Below are positions 15,479-21,054 of a stretch of DNA of 21,054 bases, piece by piece. Where the stretch lies: assembly GCA_030531335.1 (NCBI GenBank), contig JAUNNV010000029.1, forward strand, positions 1-21,054, in the 5' to 3' direction. The position numbers were made by a program, and so were the translations under genes. Position 1 is the stretch's first letter. Every line of letters starts with the position of its first letter. The notes under the pieces are model-generated. The model was not told the origin of the DNA and ran no database searches. It saw only the letters and a program-made list of their open reading frames with translations. The DNA is from Bacteroidales bacterium. GTDB lineage: Bacteria; Bacteroidota; Bacteroidia; Bacteroidales; Bacteroidaceae.

Positions 15479-16200
15479 CCGATTGGTAGTTTGTCCTGAA
15501 TGCTGTTGAAGACCTTGTCGAGCTTCATGCTCTGTCCGCCTTTTGTGATGTCCGTTGTGGATGTATCCTTCGCATTGCCGGCCACATGGCGGTTGTAGGC
15601 TTCCTCGATTTCCTTTTTCTTGTCGTTGTAGAGTCGTTCCATCATTTCGGAATACGTGTCGAAAATTTCCTGCAACTTGTCCTTGGCCTCTTTTACCGCC
15701 TCTTCCGAGCTTCCTACAGTGCGACTGGCTACCGCAGACGCAGCCCTCGTCTTTTCTGCCTCGATTTTCGTCTTGCATTCCGAGTAGAGTGCATCGGTGG
15801 CCGTGTCGAGTAAATCCTTGCGTTCCTTATTTACATCGGGCATCGTGAGCAGTAGGTATTTGGCATCGATGCCATTCTCATCGTCTGCCCCAGGAGCAGT
15901 TTCGAGCGTCACCTTGAATTCCGGATGCACTTCCGTGATGCCTTTGTAAATGCAGGAGAAGTACGCCGAATCCTTTGGATATACATTCATCATGTGTTTT
16001 TCGTTCTCATCCTCGTGCACTAAAATGTCGGCCACGTCCTCAATGCGTTTGTCCATGCCACCATACACCATCTCCACTCCCAGCAACGAAGAGGGATCGG
16101 CCTTGACACACACGTTGCAGAACAGGTACGACATGCTTGCCACATGTCCCAGCATCCTGTTCTGTGTTTCTATCAATGCGACTTCTACCGATCGTTTCAT
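15475..16200 (-). CDS. Hypothetical protein with apparent ribosome-recycling-factor (RRF)-like fold
   Basis: 241 aa. Three segments align by eye to E. coli Frr as I remember it:
- [32 protein letters not shown]...[18 protein letters not shown] versus [52 protein letters not shown].
- [38 protein letters not shown] versus [38 protein letters not shown].
- [25 protein letters not shown] versus [25 protein letters not shown].
It also has an insertion and a ~45-aa C-terminal extension. Confidence 0.4.
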   Translation of the reverse strand: [241 protein letters not shown]

Positions 16201-16239
16201 TTGTTATTTGCCATTTACCATATTCTCTAATATCTCTTA

Positions 16240-16629
16240 CTATTTGCCCTCTGCAAGGCACGCATTGCCGGGGAAGTTCACGGAGATGTTTCCACCCCAG
16301 TTGCACATACATTTGCAGTTGTCGAGCAGTGCAGGCATTTGTTTTACCATTTCTTTTCCTCCAGGCATCCATGGAGCGGCTATCACTGGCATGCAGGGCA
16401 TGGGCGTAAGTGCTCCGAATGCTGCAGCCGTGGCCGCAGCCACCTGAGGATTCGACAAGCTTTGGCACATGCCGAAAGGCATGATGTTCATCATCGGCTT
16501 GTTGTCGCCGATGTTTCCTATGGGTTTCCCCTGTACCTTTGGTCGGGTGGGATCCACCACCATGAAGTTGGAAGGAGCCATCCCGAACGAGCACTGCAGG
16601 ATTGCTCCGGCCGTTACGAATTTTCCCAT
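16240..16629 (-). CDS. DUF4280 (PAAR-like) domain protein, candidate spike-tip protein
   Basis: 129 aa. FVTAGAILQCSFGMAPSNFMVV...VQGKPIGNIGDNKPMMNIMPFGMCQSLSNP...TPMPCMPVIAAPWMPGG...QMPALLDNCKCMCNWGGNISV matches the DUF4280 pattern (A.l.Cs.G..Ps.l.v...g.p.a...D....NI.pFG.C...nP...PC.P....W......g.paL...s.l.C..gG.I). Confidence 0.75.
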   Translation of the reverse strand: MGKFVTAGAILQCSFGMAPSNFMVVDPTRPKVQGKPIGNIGDNKPMMNIMPFGMCQSLSNPQVAAATAAAFGALTPMPCMPVIAAPWMPGGKEMVKQMPALLDNCKCMCNWGGNISVNFPGNACLAEGK

Positions 16630-16638
16630 TGTATTTTT

Positions 16639-18432
16639 TTATTTTCCTACTTCCTCTTCCTTCATCTTTGCCGACGCTTTTCCTGGTGTCGAGGCTGCCG
16701 GCACGGCCACACCGTCTGTGATGTTCTGCGACTTGAACGACGAAGAGGCCTCCAAATTCTTGAACACGCCCTTGGGAGCCGTGGTGTCGCCCTTGATGTC
16801 GGTCTTGCCTTCTATGGTGGTGTCGCCCTTCAGCGCATTCTTGCCTCCACCTGCCGTAAGGTTTCCGCCTTCGAGCGTAATCACTGCCTTTCCTTCTCCC
16901 TGCTGCAGTTCGGTGGTGGTGTTGCCCATGATGCCCACTTGCTCGGCAGCTATCTGCACCAGTTTGCCCTTGGTTTTCTTGTCCTTGCTGCCAGCAAGCA
17001 GCTTTTCCGCCACAAGTACCATCTGCGAACTGGCGGCCAGTGCCTTGTCCGTGCGTTTCTCCTTATCCACATCCATGGCTGCCACCTGAATGTTCTTGGC
17101 GTTGAGTGTCAGTTCGCCTGTAGCCATTCCTTCGGTGTCGGTAGCTTCTATCTTCATTTTCTCTGCCCTGACAAGCAGGGTGCCATCCTTGGTCAGTGCC
17201 TTCTCCTGCCGTTTTTTGTCCTTCAGTTCCTCGTCGATGGCCTGTATGGTGACATTCTTCGAGGTAATCACCACGTTGCCCAAAGCGGGTATGTCGCCTT
17301 TTTCGCCCTTCTCGTCGAGTTGGGCGGAGGCTGTGGAGAGGTTCACCTCCTGTAGGTTGACGTTCAGTGTGCTGTCGGCCATCAGTGCGCCCTTCGTGTC
17401 GTGTGCCACCACGTCGATGTGAGGCATTTGTACATACAATCCGGCTTCGGCGTTCTGGCGCAGGTTGCCGTCGCCGTCGGTCGAGACCATGCTTACGAAT
17501 TCGGAACGCAGGGCGATGTGCGACGAGGTGGTGTTCTTGTCGAAATCGGCACTGGCTTTGCCGAGCTCCTCTTTGGTGTCCTTCAGGGCCTGTGCCTTCC
17601 GATTGAGTTCGGCTTCGGACGAAAGCAACCTGATGTAGTCGGTCAGTGAGGAGTAAAGCATCCGTTCCAGGTCCTGGAACTTGTCGGCCAGATCCGACAA
17701 CTCGGGTTGGTTCGCCCGCAGGTGTTCCTCCGTGTCGTTCAGTGTGTCCTGGCTTTTTATGAGCTTTTCTATGTCGTCCAGGTTTTTCAGCACCGTCTTC
17801 TTGGCATTGGCAGCCAACTTCGCAATGTCGCCACTGTATTTTTCCAAATCTTTCACACGCTCGTCGATGGCGGCGGTCTGTAGTTTGTTCGACGGTGTGG
17901 CGCTTATCGCCACATAAGAGTCCGCATGTATGTCGATGCCGGTGCTACAGCTGCCTGCTTCGGCCACGAACGCGCCGGTGGTGTCGTTGCTCTGCAGGGT
18001 GATGGCGCGAGCTTGGTTCACGATTTCGGAGTTCATGCACACCACGTTCTCCATGCCGTCGGTACCGGGATCCACGGCGATGTGGCGAATGCTGGCTGCT
18101 CTCGACACGATGCTTCCCCCTATGTCGGGAGATCCTGTACCCTCCAGGCTTACGCGGTTTCCGCGTATCACCACCGTGCCGCCTCCGCCATGCTCTCCCA
18201 TCAGCTCGCCGCTGCGGTTCACGTTGCCGATGATGACCGTCGGAGCCGAAAGAATGAGGCATTGGTCGTCGCGCACGTATTTCACGCCGCTCACCGTGTG
18301 ATGGATTTCCTCCCTCAGCCGTCGCACCTCGCTTTTTTGCTTGCGGATTTCCGCAACGTCCTTTCTCACGCTGCTTTCGAAAGCCTCCAGTGCCTGCTTC
18401 AGGTCGTCAAGAATATATGCCATCTTTTTCAA
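16639..18432 (-). CDS. Hypothetical protein with three parts: N-terminal coiled coil, central coiled coil, repetitive beta-solenoid-like C-terminal half
   Basis: 597 aa. Periodic units of the type x-L-x-A-K-N-I-x-V-x-A-x-D recur: VVITSKNVTIQAIDEE, LLVRAEKMKIEATDTE, LTLNAKNIQVAAMDVD, AVITLEGGNLTAGGG, DTTIEGKTDIKGDTT. No gp27/gp5 (VgrG) signature was recognised. It lies 9 nt upstream of the PAAR-like gene. Confidence 0.55.
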   Translation of the reverse strand: MKKMAYILDDLKQALEAFESSVRKDVAEIRKQKSEVRRLREEIHHTVSGVKYVRDDQCLILSAPTVIIGNVNRSGELMGEHGGGGTVVIRGNRVSLEGTGSPDIGGSIVSRAASIRHIAVDPGTDGMENVVCMNSEIVNQARAITLQSNDTTGAFVAEAGSCSTGIDIHADSYVAISATPSNKLQTAAIDERVKDLEKYSGDIAKLAANAKKTVLKNLDDIEKLIKSQDTLNDTEEHLRANQPELSDLADKFQDLERMLYSSLTDYIRLLSSEAELNRKAQALKDTKEELGKASADFDKNTTSSHIALRSEFVSMVSTDGDGNLRQNAEAGLYVQMPHIDVVAHDTKGALMADSTLNVNLQEVNLSTASAQLDEKGEKGDIPALGNVVITSKNVTIQAIDEELKDKKRQEKALTKDGTLLVRAEKMKIEATDTEGMATGELTLNAKNIQVAAMDVDKEKRTDKALAASSQMVLVAEKLLAGSKDKKTKGKLVQIAAEQVGIMGNTTTELQQGEGKAVITLEGGNLTAGGGKNALKGDTTIEGKTDIKGDTTAPKGVFKNLEASSSFKSQNITDGVAVPAASTPGKASAKMKEEEVGK

Positions 18433-18469
18433 TTTAGGGTTGTCCTATCAATAGGCTTTGTCGAGGTTG

Positions 18470-19768
18470 TCACCATTCGATTTTCTTACCCAACACATAG
18501 TATTTCATGTCGTTGTACCAAAGTACTCCCTCGCCATTGGCTACGGTGTAACTGGTATAATATGAATTGTCCTTGGGCCTGGGATTTATCAATTCAGGCT
18601 GTGAGAACCATATCGGCTGCTCGGCTCCCGGCACAAATTGTCCTTTGAGTAAGAAGAGTGGCCCACGATTTTGGTATGCCGTAACGTCGTTGTAGTCAAA
18701 GGTGTTGTGGACAATGGCGAAGTACTTGCCGCTGAACGCCTCTGGCCCCTCCCAGTCGTATAGAGGGCAGGGAGAGCGGGGATGTGGAATGGGCTTGCCT
18801 CCATCCTGGAAACAGAGGATCTTGGGCCTCGACCATGTTCTGCCGTGGTCGGAACTGACCGACCATACAGGAGAACCTACAGAGCTACGCATCATGGCAA
18901 AGAGACGCCCGTCGGGGAGACCTACGATGGCCGCTTCTTCGATTGCAGGCCCCTCCTTGATGCCATAATTGGTCGCTCCCACAACCTGGCTGACGTCAAA
19001 GGCATCCTTGTTGGTGTTGAAATAGGATATCTTGATGTCTTCTATCTCCGGGTCATCATCAATGTTGTCGAACTGCCAGAATTCCACGCGGCATTGCTTT
19101 TTCTCGTCGTAAGGGGCACGGCCATGGCGTGAGCAGCCTACGATGAACTTGCCACCCTCGCCCAACCTCAACGGACGTTGCCAGTTGCACCATTCCGCAG
19201 GCACGAGCGGGTCGGGAGAATCCATATCCATGCGTGGCATCGCTATGCTCTTCGGCTTGCTCCAGGATAGTCCGGCATCATCGGAATAGGCACCAAACAA
19301 GGCACCGTGATGAATCTTGTCTCCATTGACTTGCTGGTTCCATAGCAGGTAAAGACGACCGCTCTTCGACAGCATGGGTTGTTGCCAACTGGCCAATGGA
19401 CGAGGATTGGACCGTGTCTCAGAACCTTGCAGAAGAACTGGCTTCGACCAGGTCTTGCCGCCATCCATGCTTCTGGAGAACACGATGTGGTGGTCTGGTT
19501 CTCCTTCACGTGTGGCCTGGGTCCAAAAACAGTAATGCATGCTTCTGGCCTCGTCGTAAATCACCTGTATATGGTCATTGTAGGTGTCGCCCCTAAGTTT
19601 GGGATCCGCCTTTTTCCAGTCTTGGGGCTGTTTGGGCACATAGACCACATAGTTTGGTTTGGTGGTCATAATATCTTCTTTTTGCTTGTCCTGAGCTGCT
19701 GCTGATGTGACCATGGACAGAAGAAGACAAAGCACGATAGCATTACGCGGATAGTTGCATGTAATCAT
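18470..19768 (-). CDS. Secreted BNR/Asp-box repeat beta-propeller protein (sialidase-fold family; substrate unknown)
   Basis: Signal peptide MITCNYPRNAIVLCLLLSMVTSAAAQD. It has three Asp-box motifs (S-x-D-x-G-x-T/S-W): SRSMDGGKTWSKP, SDDAGLSWSKP and SSDHGRTWSRP. I did not see a clear sialidase RIP motif. Confidence 0.7.
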   Translation of the reverse strand: MITCNYPRNAIVLCLLLSMVTSAAAQDKQKEDIMTTKPNYVVYVPKQPQDWKKADPKLRGDTYNDHIQVIYDEARSMHYCFWTQATREGEPDHHIVFSRSMDGGKTWSKPVLLQGSETRSNPRPLASWQQPMLSKSGRLYLLWNQQVNGDKIHHGALFGAYSDDAGLSWSKPKSIAMPRMDMDSPDPLVPAEWCNWQRPLRLGEGGKFIVGCSRHGRAPYDEKKQCRVEFWQFDNIDDDPEIEDIKISYFNTNKDAFDVSQVVGATNYGIKEGPAIEEAAIVGLPDGRLFAMMRSSVGSPVWSVSSDHGRTWSRPKILCFQDGGKPIPHPRSPCPLYDWEGPEAFSGKYFAIVHNTFDYNDVTAYQNRGPLFLLKGQFVPGAEQPIWFSQPELINPRPKDNSYYTSYTVANGEGVLWYNDMKYYVLGKKIEW

Positions 19769-19783
19769 ATTTCCTATTGTGAA

Positions 19784-21054
19784 TCAGGATTTCTTTAGGT
19801 AATCCTTTAAGCCATTAAGCCCCGCATTCAGCACAGGCTCCCAGCCGTTTGATGCCAGGTTGAGCTGGTAGGTGTGCTGTGCACTGTTCGAAACCAATAT
19901 GTTGCCATTGCTCGCCACGTCCCAGAGGACACGCGGACCGGCACAGCCATTCCTGTTAAAGAGTTTCTGGCCACTGTCGAACACTTTCACGTTGTCGTCC
20001 TCGACAGTCACTGCACCGCTGGTGATGACGGGTAGGAGTTCGGCACCGAGTGCCGTCGCGAAGCTGTTCAATACGCCACCCTCCTTATCCTTGGGATCGT
20101 TCTTAAACTCTATCCCATTGATGAGGTCATTCCATTGTTCATCATTGGCAACGTCACCTATTATCGGATGTGTTATTTGATCGTTGTATATATCCAATAT
20201 GGCGACAAACACCGTTCTTTTCATTCCTTTTTTGTCGGAAAGTATGGAAGAACCAAGGATTTGCTCCCGACCTTCTTTCGAATTAAATGTTGCTACAAAC
20301 AGTGGCCAATTATTGCTCCCTTGTAATTTTTTCTCTCTTTCGAGCTGCTGATTGATTTTTTTCAACAATTCATCTTTAGTATGTTCGTTGATGTAGTCAA
20401 GATGGCGCTTTAAAGTATCGAAATTATTTTTAAATTTTCTCAAACTTTCCGTGATTTCAATATTGTTTTCTTTACCATCTGCTGGTTGTAGCTGTGGACA
20501 TAGGTTGTCTGTGATATAATTTAACAGTTCTTCAGATGATTTTGTTTTCAGTGTTTGTATTGTGGACTGGCTTGTGTCATTTAGCTTGTTTTCTTCTGAA
20601 TTAAAAAAAGACAGATGAGTGTGAAATTCATTGGATAGTTTTCTGATTGTTTCTTCTGAAAATTGGATCTCTTCATAGAATGTGTTTATCACACGAGTAG
20701 CCTCTATCAACACGCCCTCTATCGTAGAACCCAAGTCTTTTGCCGCTTTTTCATCCTTATTCATGTGGTTCTTCCAACCTTTGGAAGCGTAGTTCGACAT
20801 CAGGGATGTGGGAATCATTGCCTTGCCTTTTCCTGCCGTCATGGTGACATTGCGGTTCGACTTGATGGACAGAGTCCCCTCTACGGGTCGCATCAGCACT
20901 TCCCACAGGCTACGCAGGAACGACAGATCGGAGAGCTTGGTGGGGTCGAATGTCAGGAAATTCTTCGCCTGTTGTGTGGCTATTTGAGCTGCAATACCTC
21001 CCGCGATGGATCCGAGAATAACGCCAACAATCTCACCGCTACTTGGATCATTCG
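19784..21054 (-). CDS. 5'-truncated CDS (open to the window edge): hypothetical protein with a glycine-zipper-like hydrophobic segment, a K/E/N-rich helical middle and a globular C-terminal domain
   Basis: The track ORF 19784..20899 begins at a GTG. My manual translation upstream stays open to the edge: NDPSSGEIVGVILGSIAGGIAAQIATQQAKNFLTFDPTKLSDLSFLRSLWEVLMRP... The true start is therefore either outside the window or at an internal GTG/ATG (20899/20893). No family was recognised. Confidence 0.6.
   Translation of the reverse strand, partial: NDPSSGEIVGVILGSIAGGIAAQIATQQAKNFLTFDPTKLSDLSFLRSLWEVLMRPVEGTLSIKSNRNVTMTAGKGKAMIPTSLMSNYASKGWKNHMNKDEKAAKDLGSTIEGVLIEATRVINTFYEEIQFSEETIRKLSNEFHTHLSFFNSEENKLNDTSQSTIQTLKTKSSEELLNYITDNLCPQLQPADGKENNIEITESLRKFKNNFDTLKRHLDYINEHTKDELLKKINQQLEREKKLQGSNNWPLFVATFNSKEGREQILGSSILSDKKGMKRTVFVAILDIYNDQITHPIIGDVANDEQWNDLINGIEFKNDPKDKEGGVLNSFATALGAELLPVITSGAVTVEDDNVKVFDSGQKLFNRNGCAGPRVLWDVASNGNILVSNSAQHTYQLNLASNGWEPVLNAGLNGLKDYLKKS

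Noticed and set aside
15479-15778. 100-aa N-terminal extension of the E1 ORF (the track gives 449 aa)
   Set aside because: The extension lies wholly inside the RRF-like gene in another frame and is G/R/K-rich low complexity. The ThiF Rossmann motif begins right after the internal MNIEEDK start, which forms an ATGA junction with the upstream stop.
16339-18648. Several long plus-strand ORFs (338, 206, 240 and 123 aa, among others), mostly antisense to the beta-solenoid and PAAR-like genes
   Set aside because: They overlap one another in different frames. Their products are low-complexity (S/F/L/R/H-rich). They also lie opposite a continuous, repeat-structured minus-strand ORF.
4670-21054. Search for a JAB/MPN or other deubiquitinase in the operon ORFs
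   Set aside because: I saw no E...HxH...S..D arrangement and no obvious Cys-His peptidase motif. The HH pair in the 406-aa protein (RRHHLINAW) lacks the rest of the JAB motif. This is absence by eye only, not proof of absence.
1-21054. Mobile elements, CRISPR arrays, tRNA/rRNA genes, integrases or long terminal repeats
   Set aside because: No transposase- or integrase-like ORF was recognised. There is no regularly spaced repeat array and no tRNA-like cloverleaf region. Apart from the 20180-20720 island, I saw no compositional boundary suggesting an island edge.

Overview
The window looks like Bacteroidales-type chromosomal DNA. This is judged from Bacteroides-style -33 TTTG / -7 TAnnTTTG promoter motifs, lipoprotein and signal peptides, and a DUF4294-like/HhH gene pair; it was not searched against any database.

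Positions 1-4.6 kb look ordinary. They hold a partial DUF4294-like gene, a helix-hairpin-helix/beta-barrel protein, and a separately promoted NfeD-like plus flotillin (SPFH) pair.

Positions 4670 to the right edge form one uninterrupted minus-strand operon of at least 14 genes. Gene junctions are tight or overlapping, and the operon ends in a clear Rho-independent terminator at 4591-4624.

This operon mixes two gene sets:
- Contractile-injection (T6SS-like) baseplate and spike genes: TssG-like, TssK-like, gp25/TssE, TssF-like, a DUF4280 PAAR-like protein and a beta-solenoid protein.
- A eukaryote-style ubiquitin-type conjugation set: a ThiF/E1-like adenylase, a UBC-fold E2 with an HPN...C motif, a 107-aa beta-grasp Ubl whose ORF ends in Gly, and an 812-aa polytopic lipoprotein carrying a textbook RING-H2 signature plus a C-terminal FHA domain.

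The operon also encodes a divergent ribosome-recycling-factor-like protein, a secreted BNR/Asp-box beta-propeller, two orphan envelope proteins, and a 5'-truncated gene containing a sharp low-GC island.

No sheath, tube, ClpV, VgrG, deubiquitinase, tRNA/rRNA, CRISPR or transposase was recognised in the window. All family calls come from reading motifs by eye in the supplied translations and need profile or structure searches to confirm.
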